From NCBI GenBank assembly GCA_010015805.1, contig ML978129.1:1054001-1118000 (forward strand): 64,000 nucleotides of DNA, given 5' to 3'. Below the pieces are notes generated by a model. The model worked only from the letters and a program-made list of their open reading frames with translations, was not told the DNA's origin and did no database searches. Below are positions 1-11,693 of the stretch, one piece after another. The translations under genes were made by a program, and so were the position numbers. The DNA comes from Rhizodiscina lignyota. Lineage: Eukaryota. How positions within the stretch are numbered: the first letter of the stretch is position 1; each line of letters begins with the position of its first letter.

Positions 1-159
1 GATCGCGCTGCCCTGGTTTCCGGGACTGGACTTGTAATTTGCGGTCGTGCCTGGATGTTTGGTGGGGTTTGCGACTACATGGCCGAACGGCGCGAATGCT
101 TCATGAGTTAAGGGCTCAATGGGAATTTGGAGTGAAGGACAAGCAATTTTGGGAAGCAT
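1..159 (-). CDS. DAL3: Ureidoglycolate lyase/hydrolase, 5' part (runs off window start)
   Basis: Hand translation from ATG at 159: MLPKIACPSLQIPIEPLTHEAFAPFGHVVANP...GNQGSAI. The EPLTxEAFAPFG and NQGxA motifs are typical of the AllA/Dal3 family. Not in the ORF track. Confidence 0.8.
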   Translation of the reverse strand, partial: MLPKIACPSLQIPIEPLTHEAFAPFGHVVANPTKHPGTTANYKSSPGNQGSAI

Positions 160-417
160 TTTGGTGGCAAGCTAACTGTATTCCAAGTCCGGAGAGGGAG
201 ATAGTGAAGATGAAGTAGAGTTGCGGGAGCAAGGGTGGGGGATCTTTTGACATCTGATATCTGAAAAAGTACCTAATGGATATCGATGCTCCGTACTCTA
301 AGCCTAATCCAGCTTAGTGGGTCCTCAATCTTCAGCCCTGTGGTAACGTCAAACCGAACTTCTAAACCGAACAAGTAGGGCATCAACTGCTTCGAGAAAG
401 ACCACAAAATTATCAAC

Positions 418-1785
418 ATGGCGGATGAAGATCCCTCATATATCGACTACGAAGCCTTCCTCGACCCATCTTTCTCTCCTACTTCTTTCGCAAATACTCT
501 TGTGCTTTCAACGAATAATCCTTCAGATACACCGCTAGACTTGTCCACGCCCTTGTCACGGGTCCTCTTCGATGTGCAAGAGATTGACACGCACATTGAC
601 ACACTTACGACCAAATCAGCACTTCCTCTGTTAGATCACACGAGAGAGCAGTCAGAAGCAGGAAACCGTCTCGTAGATGGCCTTGAAGCGCAGGTTGCAA
701 CTCTCACAGACGCATACAAGACGCTGGAGAAGGAAGTAATTGATCGGTATGAAGCAGCTGATCAAGTTAGAGTCGCAGCCGAAAGACTGTGTGCAACTCT
801 TAAGCTCGGCCGCGCTGTGGGACGCTGCCTGATGCTCGGACGTCAACTGGAAGCTCAAGTCACAGAGCTCACTGGAGGTGGCATTACCAGGAAGGGGGAC
901 CATAGAGCAATGGTGCGAGCATCAAATACGCTATTGGGGCTACGCCAACTTCTCGAGGCCTCGAAGCCTGGCGAAGAAGGGGAGGGCTTAGAGCGTGTCA
1001 ACGTTGTCAACTCACTACGCTCAGAGGTCATCTCACCTTCAGAACTTACAGTTCTGTCTCGTGCCCAGCAGACAGTGAGAGAATTCTCTATGTCGTCCCT
1101 ACTGGCTGCTGGAGCGTCGGCACCTCAAGCTTCAGGCGGCACAGCAACGTTTGCACAGACAGAAGACACAAAATCTCGAACTACGTCTGCACTCTTGACG
1201 CTCTATCTGCTCTCGCCAGCGTCACGGCAAACAATTCCGGTCAACTTCGCGCCGAAGCTGCTGATATCAGCGCTACAAGAGTATCTCCAGACGGCATTGA
1301 AATCCTCATTAGCTGCCATCTCTCGCTCACTGGCCACACTGCCAACGCTTGATCGGACGCTCTTGGAGATATCTGCCCGCTGTCAGAATATTGTAGCGTT
1401 AGAGGCTTTACTTGAGTCCATCAAAGCTCCCCCTCATCCGCTATTTGACTCTGCACAGAAGGGCGCCAAAGGCCAAACCACAATGAATTTCCTACAGCCC
1501 CTTTTGCAATCCCTGGACACTTCATCATTACCATCGTACTTTTGGAGATCACTTGCATCTGCACTCTCGCCCCGAGTTCAAGAAATCATGAACCGTGGCG
1601 GTGTGTCATCAAGGACATTGCGATCGAACAAAGATCGCGTACGAGATGCACTTCGTGAATGTGTCAACAGAGGATCACAGCTGCCTGCGATGGTTGTAGG
1701 ACGAGGCAAAGGAGCAATGGTTGGACACTGGGAAAGAGAAGCAGCAGTCATGGTTGGAGCTGTTTTTGGCGTCCTAGGACGATGA
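418..1785 (+). CDS. COG5: Conserved oligomeric Golgi complex subunit 5
   Basis: 455-aa intronless ORF. N-terminus SYIDYEAFLDPSFSPTSFANTLV...PLDLSTPLSRVLFD and C-terminal WEREAAVMVG resemble fungal Cog5. Confidence 0.85.
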   Translation: MADEDPSYIDYEAFLDPSFSPTSFANTLVLSTNNPSDTPLDLSTPLSRVLFDVQEIDTHIDTLTTKSALPLLDHTREQSEAGNRLVDGLEAQVATLTDAYKTLEKEVIDRYEAADQVRVAAERLCATLKLGRAVGRCLMLGRQLEAQVTELTGGGITRKGDHRAMVRASNTLLGLRQLLEASKPGEEGEGLERVNVVNSLRSEVISPSELTVLSRAQQTVREFSMSSLLAAGASAPQASGGTATFAQTEDTKSRTTSALLTLYLLSPASRQTIPVNFAPKLLISALQEYLQTALKSSLAAISRSLATLPTLDRTLLEISARCQNIVALEALLESIKAPPHPLFDSAQKGAKGQTTMNFLQPLLQSLDTSSLPSYFWRSLASALSPRVQEIMNRGGVSSRTLRSNKDRVRDALRECVNRGSQLPAMVVGRGKGAMVGHWEREAAVMVGAVFGVLGR

Positions 1786-1833
1786 ACAGTTCAGGGTATC
1801 ATTTAGAAGTCGTGAAGAGTCATAGTCTACATA

Positions 1834-3000
1834 TCAGGCGTACACATGCCATCCCGTCTGCGCTCCGAACCATTTTCTCGCGAGAGCGCCGCCGCTTTCA
1901 GTCGGCTGGCTGAATGCCATCTGTTCCTTCGGTACTTGAATCCCATATAGGAAGTTTTCCTGCGCACACTGGAGCAAGCGTGTTGCTATACCTTCTTTAC
2001 GATGGCTGCTTGAGGTCCATATCCGAGAAACGCCGAGGAGTACGGGGTCTGTCTCTTCACTGGCCAATATCGATGAACTCTGTGCCGGCTTGACCGAGGA
2101 CGTACTGGTACTTTCAGGAGCAAGTACTCTAGCCGCCTTTGAAATTCGCTCGACAAGGCAAAGGCCGATACATTTACCTCCGCGAACGTACAGATACGCC
2201 TTGAACCGATCAACGTTGGCCTGTTCTCCGTTTGACATGCTCGGTTGCACAACAGTTCCCCATAACTCTTTCTCGGGAATATCCACAGCACCCAGTTCAA
2301 GATTCGCTAGCTCCAGAACGTTGCTAGATCTATGTCGTAGTGCTGTCCCGGATTTGCGACTGCATTCGACAACAGAGCTTCCACTCTCTCCATACCACAC
2401 TTGATTTTTACGAACGGCGTCCGAGTCCAGGAACGACTTCCCGAGGTCAACTCCTCCAAGATTTTGCGCATGGAATTTCTGATGGAGTGCTGCATCCTCT
2501 ATATTCGACGCGATGTAGCTCATGCCGCAAGTTTTGCAATGTCGTGTCATCAATTGGCCGAGGTCAATCTGCAGTTGGGTATATCGTTTCTTCGGTGGAG
2601 GCTTGGCCTTGACGGGCCGCTGTGCATTCGCAACTGTTTCAGAGAGGACGTGCTGATCGTTCGATGGGGAGATTGACTGTTTTAACTCTTTCGCCTTGAC
2701 AGCGGACTCCGCTTGTCGATGCGCGTTGGAAGGTGGAGCGTAAGTTGTAGCTGGCGGCGAGGACGGAGGAGTAGATTGACGAGACGGGACATCTGAGGGC
2801 GTAGTTTGCGTCTCTTGAACTGAGCTGGAACTTCGAGTAACTGGCGATTGATGTACATCTCTGGTAGCAGTGCTTGGGGTTGACTCGTGCGTCTCTTTTT
2901 TGTCGCACTCCTCCGCCGTATTCGAGATGCGCCTTCTCTTTGTAGGTGGTTCCTCTTCGGGAATTATCCTTTTCGCGCGTCTGGAATAAGTTTTCATCAT
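1834..3000 (-). CDS. ECO1: Sister chromatid cohesion acetyltransferase Eco1
   Basis: PIP-like QLQIDLG, C2H2 finger (CKTCGMSY...HQKFH) and GNAT C-terminus (GVSRIWTSSSHRKEGIA; AFSQPTESG). Start placed at MMKTYSRR (ATG 3000) rather than the upstream ORF-track start. Confidence 0.9.
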   Translation of the reverse strand: MMKTYSRRAKRIIPEEEPPTKRRRISNTAEECDKKETHESTPSTATRDVHQSPVTRSSSSVQETQTTPSDVPSRQSTPPSSPPATTYAPPSNAHRQAESAVKAKELKQSISPSNDQHVLSETVANAQRPVKAKPPPKKRYTQLQIDLGQLMTRHCKTCGMSYIASNIEDAALHQKFHAQNLGGVDLGKSFLDSDAVRKNQVWYGESGSSVVECSRKSGTALRHRSSNVLELANLELGAVDIPEKELWGTVVQPSMSNGEQANVDRFKAYLYVRGGKCIGLCLVERISKAARVLAPESTSTSSVKPAQSSSILASEETDPVLLGVSRIWTSSSHRKEGIATRLLQCAQENFLYGIQVPKEQMAFSQPTESGGALARKWFGAQTGWHVYA

Positions 3001-3060
3001 GAAATTGATAGCATCGTATAAAATGAAGCTGGTAGAATGAGAGTAGGCATGTTTGTAAAT

Positions 3061-3110
3061 GGTCGCGACGCGTCGGCCGGATCTAAAAAGTACTCGCGTT
3101 GCGCGTGCGC
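3061..3110. promoter_or_regulatory. MCB-like (ACGCGT / CGCG) elements upstream of ECO1
   Basis: Perfect ACGCGT at 3068-3073 plus several further CGCG cores within ~110 bp of the ECO1 ATG, consistent with G1/S MBF-type regulation. Confidence 0.5.
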
Positions 3111-3222
3111 ACGTGCTCAGGCGGAAAATTCCGACCTCCACGAACGAAGCCCTTTCATCGTTCAAGACAACCTGCAGACATCTCTTGGGGCCATTCATGC
3201 CAGTTCTCCATACATTTGACAA

Positions 3223-3568
3223 ATGAGCAGGGCCCTGAACAACATAGTCCCTGCCATCCTGGCAGTAGGTATCGGAGTCTGGGTTGCGGACTACGTGTGG
3301 TCTCCTATCTTAAAAGAAGACGTCGAACGGAAATCTCAAGAACCAGCTAGGTATATACAAGAGTTTCATCCATTGCCAAATGCCTCATCTAATCATCTTC
3401 AGCATCTCTCAAATGACACAACCAAATGCGCAACTGTCCTCGCCGCTAGCGTTGGAGAAAAGCCTCGGCGGAACCAAAGCCAGTGAATTGGATGAATTTG
3501 CACGAGAAGAAATTAAAATGGACCCCCCGGCCGAATTGATGCCACGGGGATCTAGGTGGAGAAGGTGA
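3223..3568 (+). CDS. Small single-pass membrane protein (~97 aa, 2 exons)
   Basis: Exon 3223-3350, GT..CTAAT..AG intron 3351-3402, exon 3403-3568 in frame. N-terminal hydrophobic segment IVPAILAVGIGVWVADYVW. Confidence 0.6.
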
Positions 3569-5098
3569 AGGGCGATATTGGATAGATTCCAGTCCGGCAC
3601 CACATGTGGCCACCGCTAGCAATCAACAAATGCCGATGTCCTTGCCAACCACAAACCGAGCGTCAATCCTTCGGCAACTCGAGCAACTTCCTTAACAGCA
3701 TTGCTGCCAATGTAATATTGTACAGTTATATGCAGCAAATCTAGCAGAAAGCTCCTGCTTCGGTATCCACCGTTGGACCGCAGCAATCTGATATGACCGA
3801 GACCTCGAGGGGTCGACACTTGGACAGATCAGCCGATCTGAATATCTGAATTTCTGAGATTACAACATCATTCTTCTCGCCAGAATTGCAAGGAACATGA
3901 GGACGGATTTCCAGATTTCGAATTGGTTAATCCCTCCAGGGGATAGCACCACGGTTCTCGAATGTACCTATTACTCCCTTCGACACATAAAGTCGATGGC
4001 CGGACCTTGGTTCGTTGCATATACTACTCCATAATCGACGGAGCTGGCCTTGATGCACTCGCCATATAGAAGCTTTTTATATCATCACACTTTTCGCCAC
4101 ATGCGAAGCTGTCAGGAGCTACGCCGAAATTTCAATGGCCAACACGAAATTGGACATTCAGCAGTTGGCTGATCCTGCTTGTGTCCTTTCTCGAGCAGTG
4201 AAAATTAGTCACTGATCCATGGTAGCCTGGCCGTTCAAGACCATCAACATGTGTCTCCAACTACCTTTGGCGACGATTCGGAAGAATCCTCATGCTTTGA
4301 TGAGAAGGAGAGCATCCAAAAAATTAAAAAAACAACCTTCAATTTCGGTTCTTTTTGTGGTGAACAATTGTCAAAGTCTCCATATAACACGGTGTTTCTC
4401 TCTAAACATGTAAACTGATATGTAAAGTTTTCCTCACACAGCAGCCCCTGATGCGTAGTACACCCCTGTCGACCATATTCCCTGTGCGCCTACTGAGCTC
4501 TGACATTGTGGAAGCGACGCAGGACGTGCACCCACAATTTGGAATACACCCAGTGTGGGCTGTCTTGCTGAATTCAAGAGCAAAATATCTCGCGTCATTA
4601 TTGACAAAGCCAAGCTTCTCAAAAGCGCTCATAAGCTCTCGCGACATCATGGCAAATGAGCTCGTCTGGCGATATATCAATAGGGATTGTCCGCGACAAC
4701 TGTTTCTCAAGTCACGATGGAAGATGCGAGCTTTGCACCCTTGCTCATGCGACTAAAAGCATCTTTCACTACGAGCCGCACCTGTATCTTATTTTAATGA
4801 ACTGGCTGGAGACACCCTTCAAAATGGCGATCATATTCACATGCACTCCCTTTGAAGGATTCCCTCGTATATCGCATTGGAACCAGCATTGAGAAATCAA
4901 TTGCATTGTTCATCAAACTATATACAGATGGTGGGGGTATGAGTAATAATTGCAGATGCACCGTCTATGCAAGAGGAAAAAGAAAACGGACTAGGGCCAT
5001 TATGTCGATATCCCGCTCCACCAGCCAATGCCCAGGGCTTCCCTTCCCACGAGATGCAATTTTGGAAACAGTCACCAGCTCTCCCATCAGAAGGCAAT

Positions 5099-5838
5099 TT
5101 ACACAGCAACGAAGACTCCAAAGAGAGCAAGGATAACGCCAACCAAAGACCCACTGGCAACAGCGTTTGGTGCTCCGAGGCCGCCGGAAGGCGATGATGA
5201 AGCCGCGCTACCGCTGGAAGAGGCGACCTGATCAGCGGTGCCTACAATACCACCCTGTACGGAGGCCGGGTTGCTGCTAGTCGAGGCGTTCTTTGCAGCA
5301 TCCTTGAAAGCCTCGATGGTTTGGTTGCCGCCGCTTCTACGGAATGTTAGCGTATACTCTATAATCGCATCGTCGAGATAAGAGGCACTCACGGAGGGTT
5401 GATAACGCCGACCATTCCGCTCTGGCAATGCTTCAGGGTCGTCTGTGGGCAGTAGTACCAGATTGGCTCCGTGCTGTTGATCTTCAGCTTGAAGCTGGTG
5501 GAGCCAACACCGGACTGGACACTCATGAAACCGCTCCAAAATGCACTGTCATTCGCGGGGTGGCAAGGGTCGTCAAAGTTGGCCTGAGCGACACCGTGGA
5601 GGAGGGGGTGGAAGAAGAATTCGACAGTGTCACCCACGGGAACGGTCAAGGATTCTGGTTGGAAGTTGAAGCCACCGTTACCGACTTGGACAGCGTGGAC
5701 ACCGCTAGGAAGAGCAGTCGCCGTTGGCGATGGTGCTGCTGAGCTGCTGCTGCTGGATGAGCTTCCAGAACCACCGCTGTTGCCATATTGAGCAAGGGCA
5801 ACGCCGCCAAGGGCGAGGAGGGCGAGGATGGAAACCAT
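5099..5838 (-). CDS. Secreted, probably GPI-anchored serine-rich cupredoxin-domain protein
   Basis: Signal peptide; FQPESLTVPVGDTVEFFF..HGV; WYYCPQ....HCQSGMVGVINP copper-site motif; intron 5337-5392; Ser/Gly-rich tail with hydrophobic C-terminus. Confidence 0.85.
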
Positions 5839-6586
5839 TATGGCGGTGGGATTAGCTGTGGGTATCGGCTTGGCGAAGTTCTGATGATGAGTGCCTGAAG
5901 CGTAAGTGCAGAAACATTTTCTTGGAATTTATCACATATTTATGAATCTCGCAATTGAAGTTCACGATCTCCCAGACAGTGTCGCACAGTTCGCATTCGT
6001 CCGCCAAGTTCTCCCATTTGGAATAAGGATGACTGGTGGCTTCGGAGCACACGCAACAAATTCATGCTGGTCTGGGTTAGCTAACGGTGAGAGATAAAGT
6101 AAATTGCGCCTTCTGGGAATTTGCAAGCGTGCAAAGGAAGCGCCGCAGTGGTCAATTCGGCATGCTCGGGGATGGAATTTGTCAATGGACCTCTTCTCAG
6201 CAGGAAACTGTGTGCACTGACAGCCGCAATGGCGTCGCGAGGCGGGCGTTAAGACCTCAAGTGGCTAATCCAGGAATTGCGATGACATTCGAGAGCGTCC
6301 AATGCAGAAGGTCTACCAAAGAGACTGTGCTGATGAGAGAAGAAGACGCGTCACTTACCCCGGCTGTCGGCAGCGGCTAGCCGAATGCGATGGTTCCGAA
6401 CGCCAATGGCTGCAAACCACTCTGACAACAATCTACCCAACAAAGCAAAGTAAGTTTTTCACGGGTACGAGAGCGCTTCGGTTAACCAATAAAAGGAAAT
6501 TCAATTCGTAAAAGCACGTTTCGTTGATATTGCCGCTGTCACCGTGCCACGTGCGAGATACCTACTTTCAATCTCCCCCGCGTGAG

Positions 6587-7417
6587 CTAGCCCTCGACTG
6601 CGGTGAGGAGGCCTGTTTTCAGGTCGTACACGAACCCTCGAGCACAGTCTTTGAGTTCTTGCCGCACGAATGGCGAGGCATGAAGATAGGCGAGGTCGTC
6701 TCTCACACTCTGTTCCATGCTGCGGTTTGAGTCAGCAAATGGCCGCTCGAGACTACTGAAGGAGCAGCATGCTGTACGTACTCCCGGATCTGTCCTAAGT
6801 ACATCGCGTCGATCTCCGCCGCTCGGTCAGGAACGCGCTTCTTAAGCTCTGCGCGAATGACATCTTCCGAGAAATGCGTGGTGCCGCAATCTATGCAGGG
6901 TTCAGTTAGATCTCCCGTCTTACATATCTGAAGACCTGGATTTTTACCTGTATGGTGGACGATGAGGAGATTTGCAATAGTAACGAAGCTGTCGAATGCG
7001 AGAAGGCCGGTAATATTTGGAGCGACATGGCCACCGGGATTGCGAGATATTAGAACGGCATCTGATGTTTATCAATAATCGCGTCCTCGCATTCGAAGGG
7101 AGCCAACTAGTACCGTCTTGCTCCAACTTCAGGAACTTTTCAGGAACAGTTCGATGGTCTGAGCAAGTGACTTCGAGACATCGCTTAGCAACAGTTCTAC
7201 ATCGCACTGAAATTTAAGATCACTTACTGATTACAGTTCTATCCTTTCTCGGGGCTGGGAGACTCATGGCTCTCATTTCCTTGCCAGTAGGAAGTGGCTG
7301 GTGTGTGGCTGCATACTCCCTTTGTCGAACTGTTACCAAGTGGTGTCGTAGAATATGTCGAAGCAAACTTGCGTACCTGTTTCGCTCTAGAATCGCGTCC
7401 ACCGAAGGGCTCGCCAT
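6587..7417 (-). CDS. Beta-class carbonic anhydrase (clade D-like), 6 exons
   Basis: Spliced by hand across five GT-AG introns: MASPSVDAILERN..., VTCSDHR (CxDxR), RNPGGHV, IVHHTDCG (HxxC), ...GFVYDLKTGLLTAVEG*. Confidence 0.85.
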
Positions 7418-8242
7418 TCTCTTTGCTTTGAGAGCTCAGATGGCCCAATGGCACTGCAGTTGATATACGATTCCTCCATTTCCGATATTTATAGACGAGA
7501 CTCGACGACGACAGAACGAAATAAAGGGTTCGCAAGATGATGTCAAAACTCTTCTTGCTTGGAAATTCGAAGCCTTTTAGCGACTTTAGCGACTCGAAAT
7601 GCTCGCCTGCGTTTGGAATCAAGAGGCGCAAACTGACCAGAAGTTAACTTGTGGTCTAGTTCAACTCAGTAAATACTCGCCGACCGAATTCGATCAGTCA
7701 ATTCTGATTCCTCATATTACACAGGCTTCGATCTACGGATATATATATGGCATTGCCTTCACATAAGCAGAGGTGCTTGTGCCTTCCTTCAACTCCGTTC
7801 AATCATATCAAGGCATATTGGTTCGCTAGAGAGGCAATTTGACCGCGTTTCGCCGGCCTGCTTAGGCGGACGAGGTTACGGAGCGGAGAGGACAGAACCT
7901 TACCATTTCGAGACTCTTGTACCCTGGTCTATGTCATCACGTGATGTCGGGCTTTCGCAAAAACAGCTAACCTCCGTTGCTGATTACACAATCTCTGACT
8001 ACTCGTTACGACGGTCCCTGGCGGCACTTGGGAACTTCGCATTTTCTTGCAAAAATATGGCCATGAGCACGGAGTTTAGCCAGAGGATTGCCTCCAGCTC
8101 AGGCAGGTCTAGTACCTTCTCTACTTTGGCGTGTCTTAAAGAGAGCTGCAAGTGCTTCTGTGGAGGGAGTTTGGTGAGAATGAACCGCTGCCCATTTTAG
8201 GGTTACACTTTCCGGCGACCTTCGAGACGTTATTCATAACAT

Positions 8243-9814
8243 ATGGCTCCAAACGGAAAGCGTGAGGGAGAGGCGTTCACCTGGGTCAATTCTACGTCGG
8301 CACGTATCCCAGAAGATGCGCAGACCAGGACCCAGATTCGTCGACAGGCGATGAGGAACGTTGCCATCGTGCGGAAGCGAACAGGGATTAGGAGGAATCG
8401 CAACACTCGACAGTATCCAATTTTTATGACGGATGCTGTCGCTAGTGAACCCGAAGGCTCAAATGACCTCTTGCCTGTTCCCAGAAGGGCAAACAGTCAT
8501 GAAGAAGACACAGGCGAGCACCCATGGCAGGCATGGAGCATGCAAGAGTCCAGAGAGGTTTTGTCGGCATTTTCGAATCCAGAGAACCTCGTCATCGATC
8601 TCGACCTGTTGCAATCGCAGACTGTGAAAATTCAATACAGGTTTGATTTGCAGGAGCTGTCCGAGCTCCTCGAGCAACCTTCGAAAGTCTCCTCCTTCAT
8701 GGGACGTAAATCACCATCGTATCGGGCATATTTCCAATCACAGTACGGTCGAAGCGCATGCCTGACTGATGCAGCCGACGCTCTCATCGTGCTACTGCAA
8801 GGCATCTCCAAGTCGGGTTCCTTCCGAGGAGGGTATTTGTCGCTGGAATCGTACGGCCGAGCATTGGAGAGTCTTCAAAGAGCGCTAAATACCCCTGGGG
8901 AAGTAACCCCAGATATTCTGTGTGCGACAGAATTGTTGACTTTGTACGAGGTTGGTTTCCGGCGCCTGACATTTTGGCGTTTTATCCTAACTTCCAATGC
9001 ACAGCATATCAGTCCTCAAAGTGAAAATGCCTGGACCTCACATGCTAGCGGTGCAGCGTCCCTCATGTGCATGCGTGGTCCAGATGCATATGTTACCGAT
9101 CTTGAGAAGAGTCTGTTCATGTCCAATGTAGGACCAGTGATGGTCAAGGCGCTCCTCATAGACGAGGCTTGTTTCCTGGAGCGACCAGAATGGGCTGAAT
9201 TCATGCGTTCGATGATGGATGATAACAACTCTCCGCCGGAGCGAACCAAAATTGTCTTATCCCTGTATCTTTTGATCAGTCGCGTACCAAGACTGTTCAA
9301 AGATATTGGCAGTAGTTATTACAATGACACCGACATGGACCCTGTCATTCATCGAGAGCTCCTTTCCCGAGCTACCCGACTTCGAATAGAGCTCCGAGGT
9401 TGGCGAGAGGACCATTTCGACGTCCACCTGAAGCCAATGTGCGGTGGTCCAGAGACGGATGGCTACTGCAAGTTGCTCATATTCTTTTTTCACTGCTCTA
9501 TTTTGGCAAATCGATGTGTTGCCGCCCTCTCCTGGGCCGATCCAGCAGAGGTGGACACACTTGAAGAAGAGACGTATCGGTGGGCATGCACCATCCTAAC
9601 CATGATAGGAACAAATGATAAGGTCTACGCGAATCTTCAAGGAGCGTTCTATATGTCGCACAAGATTCGCATGGCCGAGTCTGTCCTTTCAACGCACACG
9701 GACTGGCAATCCGACGCAATCAATTCGGGAATTGGCCATGACATACCACAAAAGGTCATTTCGAAAGAGAAATTTCAACGCTGGTGCGAGGCATTCGGTA
9801 GGAAAGTCAATTGA
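8243..9814 (+). CDS. Fungal transcription-factor-like protein lacking an evident Zn2Cys6 cluster
   Basis: N-terminal FTWVN...RTQIRRQAMR basic motif; YGRALxSLQRAL, LxLYE and WxSHASGA motifs of fungal TF middle domains; probable in-frame 54-nt intron at 8951-9004. Confidence 0.65.
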   Translation: MAPNGKREGEAFTWVNSTSARIPEDAQTRTQIRRQAMRNVAIVRKRTGIRRNRNTRQYPIFMTDAVASEPEGSNDLLPVPRRANSHEEDTGEHPWQAWSMQESREVLSAFSNPENLVIDLDLLQSQTVKIQYRFDLQELSELLEQPSKVSSFMGRKSPSYRAYFQSQYGRSACLTDAADALIVLLQGISKSGSFRGGYLSLESYGRALESLQRALNTPGEVTPDILCATELLTLYEVGFRRLTFWRFILTSNAQHISPQSENAWTSHASGAASLMCMRGPDAYVTDLEKSLFMSNVGPVMVKALLIDEACFLERPEWAEFMRSMMDDNNSPPERTKIVLSLYLLISRVPRLFKDIGSSYYNDTDMDPVIHRELLSRATRLRIELRGWREDHFDVHLKPMCGGPETDGYCKLLIFFFHCSILANRCVAALSWADPAEVDTLEEETYRWACTILTMIGTNDKVYANLQGAFYMSHKIRMAESVLSTHTDWQSDAINSGIGHDIPQKVISKEKFQRWCEAFGRKVN

Positions 9815-11102
9815 TTGGTGCTTTGCTTCCGTATGGGGGTATGGCTCGAGTTGTGAATGCGATTCTCGCACGGCCGCCTCACAAGTTTCGTCATTGATCG
9901 TACAACCAAAGAAGAGTTATCTACAAAGGTAAACTCCCGTGATTGGCGACGTAAAACTCCACAAAGCTGACCAAATAGACGCTAAAGCATTAAGTTCGAA
10001 CAGCTGGTATGTTGGTAGACCCGTGGCCGAGTCTAAATGTGCGAACCCCGGTGTATACGGGTCGAAGGACTTCGCGTCCATTGCTAAGATGGATGAGGAG
10101 CAGGACGGGAAGTTTATCTAGATACTTGGTTCAGAACTTCAGCCTAAGGGCGAACCTCGTCACTAATGGAGAGTGCGAGTTAGTATACAGATATCAAAAA
10201 GAAGCCTCAGTTACTTGATGCTTTGAATTTCGCAAAGACAGCCCACAAGGTTGTACAATATCTTATCTGGATATGAAATTCTGAATTGGCAACTGAAAAC
10301 CTTCGCACTCTTAAGGTCGTGATCACCGAAGAGGATTGTGATGCTGACTGGAGAGGTCTCTTGCTTATTCAGCTCCTCCTTGTGCCCCTGCGATTGAGAC
10401 TCAGGAGGCGTCACGTGCAACGATCTCGACTCCATATTACCGACATATTTTTCGAAATCAGATACAGCGAGGTCGCTTAGAAGCACAATGTAGGCAATCT
10501 TGTCTAATACCAGATCATGAGGTCTCTGTATAATAAGAAGGAAATCGTTTCACGTGACCGCAGGTTCAACCACACGACACGACGATAGATATTGAAAAAT
10601 GATGAAAAGATCGGCTGACAACTATCCTTTGACTGAATGCAAAAAGCGGTGAAACGGTATGCAGTGCCAAGAGGTGTGTAGTTGAGGTGCCAGCGATAGA
10701 CTGCGGCTCAGTGGGACGCAGCAGAGGGCAACAGGGCGGGTTGGATTGAATTCGTCAAAGGGCGGGGTTCGGAATGTCACAAGGAGTATTTTTCGGCGAA
10801 CTTCGTGATCCGTTGGCAATATTTGACCTGGAGACGTCTCTAATCAGCCAGTAGCCAATGCGGTGGAGGTAGGGAACTGGTTGTGTCCCAAAAGGGATGC
10901 CTGCCAAGGCTGCGCCATCGTCCATGCCTTATAAGCGGCCACACCCCCCAAACCAGCATCTCCATCCTCCCACTGCAACTTTCTTGGTCCCCATATACTC
11001 GACCCAAGTCTAGCACAGTCGTTTCTGTTTTTCAACAATTCGACTGGGCAGACTTGCGGTTCGCTCTTGCAGCCATAGATTGATATCAGGCAGCTACCAG
11101 TC

Positions 11103-11693
11103 ATGGCTGGCTATGCGTCCTCGTCCACAATCGTGTCGACGCCGAGAACAACTGCGAAGTCGATGCCTGCAGGTCGCATCCGGCATTCTGAACGTAACAA
11201 CGTCGATTCCGAGATGAAATCCGATGGAGTGGTCCTTCGCGGTGATGGGGAGTGTCGGACCCATCACGTGATGATCAAATCGGTTCCTCCATTTCAATCG
11301 CGCCCACAAAAGCACCCAAGTGGTGAAAGCAGGTACAATTCAGCGCAACGCGTTGATCAATCTTCCGATCCGCAACCAAGACAATCTCTTCCCGGGAAAA
11401 TGCCATCGTGGGACCTGCCCCCTCTTGCTCAAAAAACGTTCCAACATGAGTTATATCCGCTGCACAATCCTGCAGCATCTCAGCAAACGCATGAGGCTCG
11501 TCAAGTAGCAATGCGACTGGACGCTAGAGCTCAAGACTCATCGACTTCGCCTTCAAGCTTGAGACCCCCACCAACCCCGCGCCCTGAAAGACTTCCAACA
11601 CCAGACCTCGATGACCCGCCAGAGGGCATGTTCTGCGACTGTTTCGAGCAGGACTTTGCCTCGAAGAGCAGGTATTGCTGCGGCCATTCTTGA
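11103..11693 (+). CDS. Hypothetical low-complexity protein
   Basis: 196-aa ATG-initiated ORF with a Pro-rich PPPTPRPERLPTPDL segment and Cys-containing C-terminus. No family recognised. Confidence 0.35.
   Translation: MAGYASSSTIVSTPRTTAKSMPAGRIRHSERNNVDSEMKSDGVVLRGDGECRTHHVMIKSVPPFQSRPQKHPSGESRYNSAQRVDQSSDPQPRQSLPGKMPSWDLPPLAQKTFQHELYPLHNPAASQQTHEARQVAMRLDARAQDSSTSPSSLRPPPTPRPERLPTPDLDDPPEGMFCDCFEQDFASKSRYCCGHS

Noticed and set aside
3001..3222. ORF-track N-terminal extensions of ECO1 (also ISA1 to 24096, SNU66 to 58543 and GatC-like to 12783)
   Set aside because: They start at TTG/GTG, run through promoter-like DNA and lack protein-like features; better ATGs match the family N-termini.
3600..4900. 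1.3-kb stretch with short ORFs, possibly a pseudogene
   Set aside because: The frames translated gave no recognisable protein motif or repeat structure.
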